Source: Cyanidioschyzon merolae (lineage: Eukaryota). From it: DNA of 64,000 nucleotides. The notes beneath the pieces were generated by a model that saw nothing but the letters and a program-made list of their open reading frames with translations, ran no database searches and was not told the DNA's origin. The stretch's first letter is position 1. Each line of letters opens with the position of its first letter. The translations under genes were made by a program, and so were the position numbers. The stretch lies in the NCBI GenBank assembly GCA_000091205.1, contig AP006492.2. One strand, given 5' to 3'. Shown one piece after another: positions 44,521 through 55,377 of the stretch.

Positions 44521-46919
44521 CATCTCGGATATTCTGGTCGTTTCATACGTTCTGTCGTGTGCCGAGTGCCTACCGTGAGCACCCGCCGTAGCGCGTATAC
44601 CGCTGAAGCAGATGCTGCACGGAGACAGGACGGCGCTGCCGTACCGCTGAGGGCGTCGAACCGAGGCGCTTGTGGTGCATGCTGGTATGCCTGCGGCATG
44701 CTTTTTTCTGCCTCTATGCGTCCAAGGTACCGGCTTGTCCGACACTGCTATCCAGAGGAGCCTTCTCGCAGCTAGCCGTTCGCATATGTAACGTGAACTT
44801 GTTCACGCGTGCACCAGTGTGCTACTGAGACCAGCCAGGTACGCGCAGCTGGGTTCATGACGAACGTGTTTCATTTTCCCACTGAGCTCGGGCAATACGC
44901 AGATCGGCTCATACATGCTCTGGAACGCGCTGCGGAAGCGAACGCCGCCATTCTGTGGCTATCCGGGAGCAACAGCTGATTCGAGTTCATGGACTTTGGT
45001 ACAGCGCTCGGCTCCTTGTCAACGATGCTTGTCGTTGGCACCGAGGCTCGGCCGCTGTGCCTCAGTCGTTTGCAACGCGGCACCGAGAAGCGCGCTGCTG
45101 TACCATGTGTCACGAACGGGATGCGTGCGTTCGCACCAGGCACGACAGTGCACGCAAGCTGTTACGCATCGACTTCGGCGCTGCGGCCTCGGACGACTCG
45201 GCGTGCACGCATACCCACAGATGACGTGTACGTTGTAGCGTGCACCAACGACGACGTCGTTACCCTAGTTGTATATGAGATATACTCACCGGATTCCGAC
45301 TTGTATGTTTCGTACGTTCTTCATCAGGGATGTCAAGAACTGTAGTTTCAATGCCAGAGACACGAATCTGCAAACGTATTCGCGACTTTCCGAAATGTTG
45401 CTCGTGGCACAAGGTTAAACGTGCTCGAGCCGGTGCCTTGAGAGGCAGCGCAACGCCCTCGCATCACAATCTGACGTTTGAAGTGAGGTCGGCGCTCGGT
45501 GTATCTCAGGGCAAAGGCGTTCTTCTTTCGAGGAAAACCCGGCTGCGCTTGTTTGGTCCGCACTGGTGGGGAACGTAAGCTTCCCGACGAGAGCTGAGGC
45601 TCATTTGCTGTCTGCCAACTTTGGTGATGCATCCGAGGAAATCTGGTTCGATGCAGCGGCCTTGTATCAGCATCAAGCGCACGCTAGCGCTGCGGCAGCT
45701 GTTCGCGTTTCACTTGGCTGATTGCCTCAGCCGCCTGTATTCGAATGGATCACGAGCGTTGCTACGGTGATTTCGCTTGTACCGTAAGTCTTGGTCGTAA
45801 ATTGTTATCACGGCGCATGTCTGTGGGTTTGTTAGCGTCTCGATTCACGTAATGACATGGTGGGGATATTCGTTCTTCTTTGCCGTCGCCATTTTGCATG
45901 CCATATCCTGGGGTGGCCTATTCCAGAGCACGTGCCCAGACACAGCGCTTGCTGACGAACGATCGAAGGAATCCAAGCGCTTGTCCAAATCCGCATATGC
46001 AGGTGTGCCCGCAAAAGAGTGTCTCCAACACTCTCTGCGGCCATTTGTACGTTCTGTCGGCCTCAGCTCTGTAGTTACCCGATTGCATCGGAGCTTGATT
46101 GTTCCAGCAACGCTGCTCAATTGCAGTGTGAAACACTTGCATTGCTCTGACGTCGGATGCTGCTGAGATAGCGGGGAAGATCCGTGCCATTCTAGCTGAG
46201 ATAGCGAACGTTATGGTGAACTCCTGTCGAACACTTGTTCGGTATAAGGTGCGTTCCAGTACGACTCGGCGAGCGCTGCGCAGCTTACATCACTTTTCAG
46301 AAAAGAGACGTCGACGAACCCTGCAAGAATGACCGAGGCAGCGCAAAGAAAAAAAGCCAGCTAGCGTCTGGGTGACGAGGTCCAAGGCCTCGCTACCGAT
46401 CCCAACGCAGCTGCCAACTAAGAGATATTGCGAGAACCAGGTGAAAGGTTCAAAACTCGACTGGCAACACTCGTTTCAAATCAGCACACGCCGCAGTTGA
46501 TGTTGCTCTTCAAACGATTGCAAGCGTAACGAATCAGAGGAGCTGGTGGTTTTTACGTTTTCGCGTCGATTCGTCACACCACTTGCCTGTAGACATACGT
46601 AGCAACGGAGGCTGCTCCGTGTGCAATCACAAGAGCCGCGATCAGGGATGGCTATCTTCCAACGACTTGCAAAGCACCGTGACTGCAACACATGCGGCAG
46701 GGTCGACCGATGCCAGCAACAGCAGTTTCGCTTAGGCGGCCGCGGGCATGCAACCTGCGTCAGTTGCACTGCAGCCAGCTGTGCTTCCGCTCTGGCAACA
46801 GCGTAGGTGTGCGTGTGTGCGCTAAAGTTTACCGCACACGTAGCACATCAGGTACTTGAAGGGACTGCTTGGAAACCAAGCGTGGGTAAGAATTGGGACG
46901 GTTGAATTAATTGGTTTTC

Positions 46920-48740
46920 ATGCGACAAGCTTCACGGAAAACGAGCACCGGGACAACGGTACCTCGTTTGGAACGCGATGCTCAACCCGGCATTTCTGCT
47001 AGTTTCCTAGTTCTCATGAATAAACAAGTGCGGAAAAGCCTTACCTTCAACGACGAACACGTTTCTCGGCGAGCCGACGTGTTATGGGGACGCTTGTCAC
47101 TTTTTTTTAGCGGGAGCGGTCAGAAGCCTGCAGCGTCCTGTCGTGTGGTGGCGTTTCAAACCACGCTTTCGGGGATCACGAGCGTCTTTCAAGCACCAAG
47201 GCATACGACGCAAGCGCTGCGAGAACCAAGTTGTAGGCGACAAGGACTGCTTAAGAGGGCACGACCTGCACGCAGGAGCACTTTACCCGGGCGAGAACGA
47301 ACGCTAGCTGCTTCTCGTCGAACGCTATTCGTGCCACTGTACGCAAGTGCAAACGACAACGATCTGCGAGCGCAGCAAGAGTCCTCTTCCCGCGCGACCA
47401 TTCGCAATCGTTCAGCTACAACTCGCAGCGGCAACGACAGTAGTGTGAAAGAGGGAACCGAGCCCCAGCGTCCGCGAAGTGTATCCGAGGTAGCGGTGGA
47501 GCAGTTTGAGGAGCAGCCAGGGCCCTCAACGACGGTGATCGCGGCCACATTCGTCGCAATGTATCTTACAATTGGCACACTATTCTACTCTACAGTGGAA
47601 TCGTGGTCGCCACTCGATGCCCTCTACTTTGTCGTGCAGGCTGGGTTGAATGTGGGCTACGGGGATATCCAGCCGACGAAGGAGATCTCCCGTCTGTTCA
47701 CGGCAGCTTTTGTACTTGCTGGAAACCTGCTGCTTGGTGGAGCACTAGCGCTTTTTGTCCAAGGAGCATTGATGAAGCAAGAACGACTGATACAACAGTT
47801 TGCTGATGAATCCAACAAACTGCGCGTAACGATGGATGACGAAAACAACGACGGTGCCTGGGAGACGAATGCGGGTTCCGGCGTTGCTGGCTGGGCGGTA
47901 TCGCTGTTTAGTGATGCGGTGAGCTTTACCCGGGGCATTCATAAGGTTCTTTCTTCCTATGCAAAACGCGCGGGAAGACGACTCTCCAATGCTGCAGAAA
48001 ATGCGCTGAGCAGTTTCAGCGACGATGCCATGGACGCGCCACGCGGGATAGACCTACTTGTACGCGAGCTCTCTGCGGTTGGTGCCGCGTTCCTGAATAC
48101 CCCGTTGGGAAACGTCATCTCCTCTTATTCCATTTTATGGCTGTGGATTGGTTCAGGTACCGCTTTCGGAATGATTCACGAGCACTTGCCGTTTGCTGAT
48201 GCGTTACTCTTTTCGGTGAGCAGTTTGAGCACTTTGGGGATCAGTCCGCCGCCGTCCAGCGACCCCGTTTCGAGGCTGTTCTGCACTGTCTTTCTGCTCA
48301 GCGGTGTCGCGGTGTATGCGTTAACCCTAGGACGAGTGGCGAATTTCTTCGTCGACCGATACGAACGCGAGCAAGTTCGACGTCTCGTGACCACCCGTCT
48401 ACGTCTGCGGAAGAAACTGCAGCAGATAGCACGACGCTGCGATATTCACGACAACGCGGCAGCGCTGGCATGGAAGGCCCAGATGAGGAAGCAGCACGCA
48501 GAGCTTCTAGAGACGCCGCTTTGGCGGCCGCTTTCGGAAGCTGGCCTGGCATCCGCTACAACACCAGATCCAAGTCAGCGTACCGGTGAAGATGGCGACA
48601 AAGCGGAGCCATTGCCTGACGAGGAGACCTTGACCTGGGCTGAGTTTCTTGAGTGGAAGCTGCTCACCGAAGGTCGCATTTCAGTTGAGCGCCTGAGCGC
48701 TATTCGGCGGGAATTTGAGCAATGTTTCGAGAAGATGTAG
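46920..48740 (+). CDS. Two-pore-domain-type K+ channel (4TM/2P topology), second selectivity filter degenerate
   Basis: Pore 1 TM-P-TM with canonical filter LNVGYGDIQP. A second TM-P-TM unit has LSTLGISP in the filter position. Long cytosolic N-terminus and a C-terminal helical (EF-hand-like?) tail. ATG at 46920. Confidence 0.7.
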   Translation: MRQASRKTSTGTTVPRLERDAQPGISASFLVLMNKQVRKSLTFNDEHVSRRADVLWGRLSLFFSGSGQKPAASCRVVAFQTTLSGITSVFQAPRHTTQALREPSCRRQGLLKRARPARRSTLPGRERTLAASRRTLFVPLYASANDNDLRAQQESSSRATIRNRSATTRSGNDSSVKEGTEPQRPRSVSEVAVEQFEEQPGPSTTVIAATFVAMYLTIGTLFYSTVESWSPLDALYFVVQAGLNVGYGDIQPTKEISRLFTAAFVLAGNLLLGGALALFVQGALMKQERLIQQFADESNKLRVTMDDENNDGAWETNAGSGVAGWAVSLFSDAVSFTRGIHKVLSSYAKRAGRRLSNAAENALSSFSDDAMDAPRGIDLLVRELSAVGAAFLNTPLGNVISSYSILWLWIGSGTAFGMIHEHLPFADALLFSVSSLSTLGISPPPSSDPVSRLFCTVFLLSGVAVYALTLGRVANFFVDRYEREQVRRLVTTRLRLRKKLQQIARRCDIHDNAAALAWKAQMRKQHAELLETPLWRPLSEAGLASATTPDPSQRTGEDGDKAEPLPDEETLTWAEFLEWKLLTEGRISVERLSAIRREFEQCFEKM

Positions 48741-49060
48741 AGCTGGATCCGCAGTCTACCATAGCGACAAGCGAGCGTGCGTGCGCTCCTCGCTTTCGGC
48801 AAGAGCGGACGGCAACGCCCTACGATCCAGCGCACTTGCACCAGCTGTCTGATGAATGCAGCGCCTGAAGTCGAGCGTCGCGACCGCGGCACCGGCAGCA
48901 GCGGCAGCAGCACCCAAGATATCGAGAATTGCATGTGAGAACGGCGTGCAACAGGGTCGGTGCTAAACGCGCCCGTTCACCCATATGACCATCCAGCACC
49001 ATCGGGCGTGGAGCGTGCGGTCAGAATTCGAGGCAGGAGGCACCGCTAGGCATCGTGGCC

Positions 49061-51346
49061 TCAAGCGGCCTGCAGCCATTGATCAAGCAGACCGCAGAGA
49101 CGCTCCGCGTGATCGAGACCCGCTTTCAGCCTGCATACCGCATTGGCAAAGCGGAAAAGGGCGCCGGTCTCGCCGAGTACCAGTTCTCGCCAATGTAAAT
49201 CGATCAGACAAACACTTAAATCCAAGGCACCGTCCAGTGCCGCCGAAGCAGCACCCTCAAGACCGGCATGGACGCGCTCCAAGCGCTCCGAAACGTCCGT
49301 CAGGATGCAGCACACGTCTCGCAGAGGAAGTTGTCGCAGAACGTTTCGCGTATCTGAGCTGCTTGGTCGCGGATAGGCGTAGAGCGAGTTCACCAGCCTC
49401 CCTGTGGCGCCTGGGTGCTTTGCGTTGCTGTCTGCGGACTGCTTGTGTCGCAAATGATGAAGCAGAAGGCCAATCTGCTCCCCTACAGGCATATTGGTGC
49501 AGTGACAACCCAGTGGAATGAAAGGGATCAAATCACTGAGGGCGGGCATGGAGCTGGCCTCGGGAAAGGCCGCGCGCAGGTCTTTGTACTGCACGCGAAG
49601 ACATGCCCGCTGTTCCTGCAAGATACCGTGCGAAGATGCCACCGCCATAGCATTCTCGATGTACTTTTCACGCAGGCGCGCATTCAAGTGGAGCAAGTGC
49701 TCTCTCAACGAAAACGCGGACCCTGAATGGTCTGGTGGTTCCGTAGCGGCATGCGTTGCGGATCGCAATACGATACCCTGAGGGCTGTCGGCAAGTGCGC
49801 CGCTTCCGGTGGCATCCCTGTATGTGGGAAAGTTCTGTAAAGCTTTGACCCAGAGTTCCCACGATCCGATCTGGATCGCTGCGAGCAACGCCTCTTCCTG
49901 TTGGCAAAGCGCTTCGACGGAAGGCGCCTCACTGGACTGGTGCACCCGTTGCGTATCCAGCTTGCCAGCGGCGACTCGGTTGGCCTTAGACTGCGCAGGC
50001 AGACGCGCTTGTCCAGCCTGCAGACTCACCGCGGGGCCAGACGGCAGCGCTCCCGAGTCGTGGTCACGCAGGAGCCGAAGCATATCCGCCATTCGCAGCG
50101 TTGATGGCAGCGTTGCATGGAGCGAAACCAGCCAGCAATGGACGCCAGTAGACGGCACTTCCTCGCCCCAGCCGATCGACAGTTTGGCGGTATCCGCTTC
50201 GTAGCTGACCCACGCGGGGTACTGTTTCGCGAGTACCGGCGAATGTGTAGAGAACGTCCCATGCTGTTCTGATTCGTCTGTTTCAATGCGTAGAAGCTGG
50301 TGTCTCTGCCCAAACTCTACGTCCCAGAGTTGCAGGTGGCGCTTCCAGTGCTTGGCGGTAGCTTCCAGGTCACCAACAGTACACTGATTGCTTCGTAACT
50401 TGCGACGCAGGCCAACTTTCTGCTGTCCAGGAACAATGACCGGAGCAGGCGCTTCTGCTACCACGACGACACAGAATGGTGTGTTGGCGATACCCACCGC
50501 AAACAATCCTATCCAGGATGCAGATTTCCGGTTCTCATGCTCCAAAACTGTATCCGTACCTCCAGTGTTCGCTGCAGGAGCGCAGTCCGATTGTCGTCGT
50601 TTACCAGCGCGGTTCCGCTCGGCTGGACGCTGTGCTCCAGACGGTGTTTGTGATGTGTTCGGTTTTGCGGGCCTGAGCGCAGCATTCCGTTGACGCCGCA
50701 GATAAAGCTTCCTTTTGTCGGAGTGGTACTCAAATTGTAGTAACTGAAGGATTGAATTGTTCCAGAGGATCACGCAAGCTATTCCCCATGTATTCATCAT
50801 ATACTTCCCAGTAAATGTCTCTTCAGACAGTGGAACACTCCAGAGACTCGTGTCTAGGGGTTCGAGAGCACCCAGCTCTGCAGAGTACCCAGATTCTTGA
50901 CTTGAGGGCTCGGGCGTGTCTAATGCTGCCTCTAGCTGTTCGGACGGGTCCTTCACCAGCAAGCAAAGTTTGATGCCTCCTGAGGGATCACGGTTGCTCT
51001 GAAGCGCAATCACATAGCCATTTTTCAGTGTTAGCTGCGTGCTTAAGACAGGCGAACAGGGGGTATGCTGTCCTGCGCTGCAGCGAAACTGCTGGGACGT
51101 GACCGGGGAGCCCCTCTGCGCGACACTTTGACCCGGAATCGGCTCTAGAGCACGACTCGTTCCGGAGCCGTTAGCCAACACAGTGTCATCAATGCTATTG
51201 CTACTGTGGTTGCTGCCGTCCTCTGAGACGACGGCGAAAAACGACGTGTCTTCTCTCCGAACCTCCGCCACAACAACGTCTTCCGTGGAGTGCGGCTGGA
51301 GCAGTCTAGAGCCCACCGCCGCCGGGACCATCACCCAGGCACGCAC
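49061..51346 (-). CDS. Hypothetical conserved-looking protein, 761 aa, no domain recognised
   Basis: Long stop-free frame with mixed composition, not merely low complexity. Convergent with the K+ channel and divergent from the YL1-like gene. My hand re-translation near the 5' end (about 51300) disagreed with the track by 1 nt, so the start is uncertain. Confidence 0.4.
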   Translation of the reverse strand: MRAWVMVPAAVGSRLLQPHSTEDVVVAEVRREDTSFFAVVSEDGSNHSSNSIDDTVLANGSGTSRALEPIPGQSVAQRGSPVTSQQFRCSAGQHTPCSPVLSTQLTLKNGYVIALQSNRDPSGGIKLCLLVKDPSEQLEAALDTPEPSSQESGYSAELGALEPLDTSLWSVPLSEETFTGKYMMNTWGIACVILWNNSILQLLQFEYHSDKRKLYLRRQRNAALRPAKPNTSQTPSGAQRPAERNRAGKRRQSDCAPAANTGGTDTVLEHENRKSASWIGLFAVGIANTPFCVVVVAEAPAPVIVPGQQKVGLRRKLRSNQCTVGDLEATAKHWKRHLQLWDVEFGQRHQLLRIETDESEQHGTFSTHSPVLAKQYPAWVSYEADTAKLSIGWGEEVPSTGVHCWLVSLHATLPSTLRMADMLRLLRDHDSGALPSGPAVSLQAGQARLPAQSKANRVAAGKLDTQRVHQSSEAPSVEALCQQEEALLAAIQIGSWELWVKALQNFPTYRDATGSGALADSPQGIVLRSATHAATEPPDHSGSAFSLREHLLHLNARLREKYIENAMAVASSHGILQEQRACLRVQYKDLRAAFPEASSMPALSDLIPFIPLGCHCTNMPVGEQIGLLLHHLRHKQSADSNAKHPGATGRLVNSLYAYPRPSSSDTRNVLRQLPLRDVCCILTDVSERLERVHAGLEGAASAALDGALDLSVCLIDLHWRELVLGETGALFRFANAVCRLKAGLDHAERLCGLLDQWLQAA

Positions 51347-51836
51347 TAGAATTCTTGAAAACGCTTCCTAAGCGTGTAGCGGTTGCACTTTGATTGCTGT
51401 TTGGCTGGCCCCAGCGCCAAGGTCGCTTCCACGAAGCACAGGTGCCCAGAGCCAAGTGGCACTCGGCTAGATTTTTCCACCGCGCAGTTTACACCGGAGT
51501 ACCCCTGTTCCGGACGCAAAAAAAAGGTAGATCACGGACCCTGCACGCCACTGATCCTCAAGCTGGCAGTAGCTCCGGTGCGAAATCTTGCTGAACTCGT
51601 TGAACAGAGCCTTGTATCACTGAAACTACTACCGCCAGCGACGGCACAGTGCGCAGTTGCCTCTGGGTCGTACAATGCAGCGTACCGACAATTCGTTCTC
51701 AACTGGATAAACGGCGGTTTTACTGACGTGACCCTAGAAAGTCGTTGCTCGAAACTGTGCTTTTTTTGATCTGCGAATGTGCGCCTGGGGTCTGTTTCAG
51801 ATCTAGTTTGGCACCTTCTGCCCAGTTTCGGGCTCC

Positions 51837-52847
51837 ATGGAGCAAGACACAGCTGCAGCAAGTAATCGCCGGGTACTGCCCTCGCGCTCCACCCGAGGTC
51901 AGCGTCTTCACCAACTAATAGGCGAAGAACTCGAAGCAGATGACCTGTTCTGGAAGCAAGCGGCGTCTATTGATAGCTCAACGGAGGAGGACGATGATTT
52001 CGCGGTGTCAGAGGCCTCGGAACTGTCTTCCGCGGATGACGCGATCAGCTCAACAGAGGAGGCTGCAGAAGTGAACCCACTACCTACAGACTCGAATACT
52101 AAGGGTACGACAGAAGAAATCGATGAGGAACAAGAAGCCATCTTGAAGGAGCGGGAACGCCTTGAACGACTCAAGGTACGCAAGAAGCGCTATCGCTTTG
52201 GGAAGTACGAGGACCCCGCTTTGAAGGAGCGGGAAAGTTCGAAGCGTCCTCGCAGTAGCCGCAGTCGTTCAACTACGCAATCGGATTTGGATGCCCTGTA
52301 CAGCTCTCCAAAAGCTACACCCGATAGCTCTGAATGGTCTGTGTCCCGTGAGAGCCTCCGCCGAACCACCAAGGCGGCATCCGAAGAGACAGCGCGCTTG
52401 CTTGAGGAACGCGCTGCTACGAAGGCACAGCGTCAGCAGGAACGTCAGCGCCGCCGTGCTGAGCAGACGCCGCACTCTGGAGCGTTGAGTCAAGAGGAAC
52501 GCCTCGCAGAGGCGCTGCAAGTCACCGAACCAGCAAATCGACTTGAGCTTGAGCATCTGTTGGCACTGGCGGACGAGAAAGACTCAGCACTCAAGAGGCA
52601 AGCCAGGGCTCAACGTCAGCATCCGGCGTTGAAGACGAGCGTCATGCGCTGGTTCCGCGGCTATCGGCCTCAAAGCACAGGTGGGTATTGTGGAGGCTCC
52701 GCACCCGACAAGGCGTCTTCGGCCGACACGGTTTACGTAGAATGGGTCGCATTTCGTCAGGAGGAAGATATGCCGATGTTTTTGCGGAAATCTCAGCACG
52801 CACCACAGCAAATGTCAATGCCGAGCTCGTCCACAACTGAGCGTTGA
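51837..52847 (+). CDS. YL1/VPS72-like protein (SWR1/SRCAP complex subunit family)
   Basis: N-terminus RSTRGQRLHQLIGEELEADDLFWKQ plus an acidic Ser/Glu/Asp stretch resembles the YL1 N-terminal domain (TAGNRL..LLEAEEEDEFY). Basic coiled region and EERLAEALQVTE..NRLELEHLL segment. ATG at 51837. Confidence 0.5.
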   Translation: MEQDTAAASNRRVLPSRSTRGQRLHQLIGEELEADDLFWKQAASIDSSTEEDDDFAVSEASELSSADDAISSTEEAAEVNPLPTDSNTKGTTEEIDEEQEAILKERERLERLKVRKKRYRFGKYEDPALKERESSKRPRSSRSRSTTQSDLDALYSSPKATPDSSEWSVSRESLRRTTKAASEETARLLEERAATKAQRQQERQRRRAEQTPHSGALSQEERLAEALQVTEPANRLELEHLLALADEKDSALKRQARAQRQHPALKTSVMRWFRGYRPQSTGGYCGGSAPDKASSADTVYVEWVAFRQEEDMPMFLRKSQHAPQQMSMPSSSTTER

Positions 52848-52877
52848 GAGGTGGCGTCGACGAACCGTGTCAGCTGA

Positions 52878-52898
52878 GGCTGCTGCTGCTGCTGCTGC
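52878..52898. repeat. (GCT)n microsatellite, 7 units
   Basis: gctgctgctgctgctgctgc just 3' of the YL1-like stop codon. Confidence 0.85.
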
Positions 52899-53901
52899 CT
52901 GCATGGCAGACGCTCGGACGATGGGTTTCATGGGCGCGTTCAGCTCCAAGCAATGGATTCAGAGGAGGAAGCGCACGCCCTTTGTTGTTGCCTGACTCGT
53001 AACCGAGAATGGGATTCTAAAGGTAACCGCATGTAAGCGTATAGATTCTGCGGACTTGATTGCATCACGTATCTGCCATGTTTACTGGGTCTGTTTGGAG
53101 AACAGCAAAAAGGACAAGGTATTCGAAGCATCTGCGGCAGGTGCCACACCAGATATTTATTTTGAGTGCCCTGTGCCGCTCGGGAAATTCCATCACAGGT
53201 GCCTATGATCGATTGTCGATTACACCATACCGAGTCCAGGTAGACAAGATAATATGTAAACCGTCCAGGAGGTGAATTGCCTGTGTATCTCGCTGGCAAG
53301 TATGTATGGCACTGGCCAGAATGTCGTTCTACATTCATTTACCCAGAACGACGGTGTACGCAAGCATGATATGATGATGGGTAGTAAACGATTTCACGGT
53401 TGAGCAACAGAGCTCCTATCGAAATCGTCTTCTTTCAGGTAAGTACTGACCACGAACGCGCCCCGGGTCTTTAGAACCTTTCAACGCTATTCTATTTCAT
53501 CCACGCTGACTGCAGTCAAATGCCTTTTGGCGCAGTGTATTGCATGAGACCAAGAACGATATCGAATGTAATCGATAGATAGAAGACGAATTGCGTGGAG
53601 GGTAAGTATATTCTACTGAAAAGTGTTACGAGGTTTGCATTGCTCCTTTGGGTCAGTCATACCTCAGTACTCTGATGCTTGAGGAACACTGAACGAAAGA
53701 CGTAGATGCACTCCGCTCGAAAAACCGATGGTCTTAAAGACTGCATGCGGACAATGGTAGAAAACACGACCTGCTTATCACCATAAAGAAAGCACAAGCG
53801 ACGATAATAGACGCCACGAGCGTCCCTGCGTCTCAACAGCTTATTCATGTCGTGGTGATAACACAGGGATACAGTCCCAGAAAAGAGTCCAAGTTCACGC
53901 A

Positions 53902-54405
53902 ATGCCATATCCGACCGAAATCGCATCTACGAAAGGGTTCCTAGAACGTCGCTATCCGTCTAAAGCAGAAGAAGCTCGGTATGTTTTTTTGGTCGATGAG
54001 ACTTTCCTCGAACGGAATGGTCGGAGCGTACATGTGCATTCGCTGAGGGCACCGGTTGCATATACGATCGAATTCGAAGAGAACTAAGACGTCATCATCT
54101 TTCCTAGCTGCAATGGATTCATGTCGAGGCCTCAGTTTCGCAAGTTGAGATGGCTCATACAATAGCACCCTCTTCGTCGAATCATAGAAGACTTTTCGCT
54201 CAAGTCTGGCAACGTCCGCCTATTGAACAAGGCAGTATTTCACCATTGCCATTGCGTTTGGGCTTTTGCCAACGCAATCGAGATAGAACTGCCGTTCATT
54301 CCTCCGTACTCTCCTGGCTTCGATCCCACGGGAGAACTGTCTTCTATCATGAAACGTAATGATCAATCCACTGAACGAACCGCGGAAGCGTTCCGCACGC
54401 GGTGA
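53902..54405 (+). pseudogene. Tc1/mariner (IS630-family) DDE transposase remnant, frameshifted
   Basis: ORF 54223-54405 encodes ...AIEIELPFIPPYSPGFDPTGELSSIMKRN, matching the LxFLPPYSPDLNPIE..W..LK signature around the third catalytic residue. ORF 53902-54087 in the same frame has YVFLVDETFLE, resembling the second-Asp region. An intervening ORF is out of frame. Sits in a low-GC island. Confidence 0.45.
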
Positions 54406-55377
54406 CACACTGGAGCACATTTCGTTTTCTTCTGCAATACCTCTACGCTCCGGAAATGTTCTCACCTTTGGGTGTAAACAATAACTTTCATTTTGAAAAA
54501 TAAGGAATGACCTGGGCTGTACACTTTTGAAGCTCAAGACGGAAGGCAGGCTGCGGGGCGCTTCGGCGAAAGAAAAGCACAGAGAGCCGAGAGAGCACCA
54601 AATGGCACGGAGAGCACGTGCTCGACGGCTCCTCGCATCGGAGAGTTCCACCAGATACAACAAACGCAAGGAGTTTATATGCGGAGACTACAACGGGGCC
54701 ATCAGTGTCAGACGATGTGCGGTGCTGGAGACAAAACCCGCGGAACTAAGGTGATCCGACTTAATGGGGCACCCTCTAAAGCTCTCGAAGTGTACACGGA
54801 TGAATGGAAGCTGGCGGCAGTCACCCGGTCGGAAAAAGGCTGGGAGGCGTCTGCGCGTGGATAGATATATTTACTATCTATCGACGTCAAACGTTTATCA
54901 TTTTACCGATCGTATAGAGCAGTCGCCTAAAGCAAGTGATACCCGCCGATGCGTCCCGCTACTTACTCTTGATCCCACATTCAGTGAGCACGAGTGCCTC
55001 ATGACCCGAGCAGCTCAAATATGCCTCCGAAACGACTGTAAGGAGAAACGAGCGATACACTGACTAACGAGCACAACCCTGCTTCCGTAACGACTGCATC
55101 GGTATACGAGCACACATAAAGCGTGAAACGGAGAAAATACGCTCTTACGGGATCCAAATACCCAGCCGGCTATGCGCCGCTGAAGAGCAAAGAAGCGCAC
55201 GGCACTCCGGAAAGCGACCTAACGGCGTAAGGTTGTCGTCAACACGCTCGCCTTTGCGAAAGTGGCAAGTCAGAGCGCTCCGACTCTTGGACAGGGTATC
55301 GTGGTCTTCTAGGTATCGACGATGTGGTGTGGCTTGCGTTGACTTTTCGGGTGTCTTCTACTGGAACTCGTATCCCG

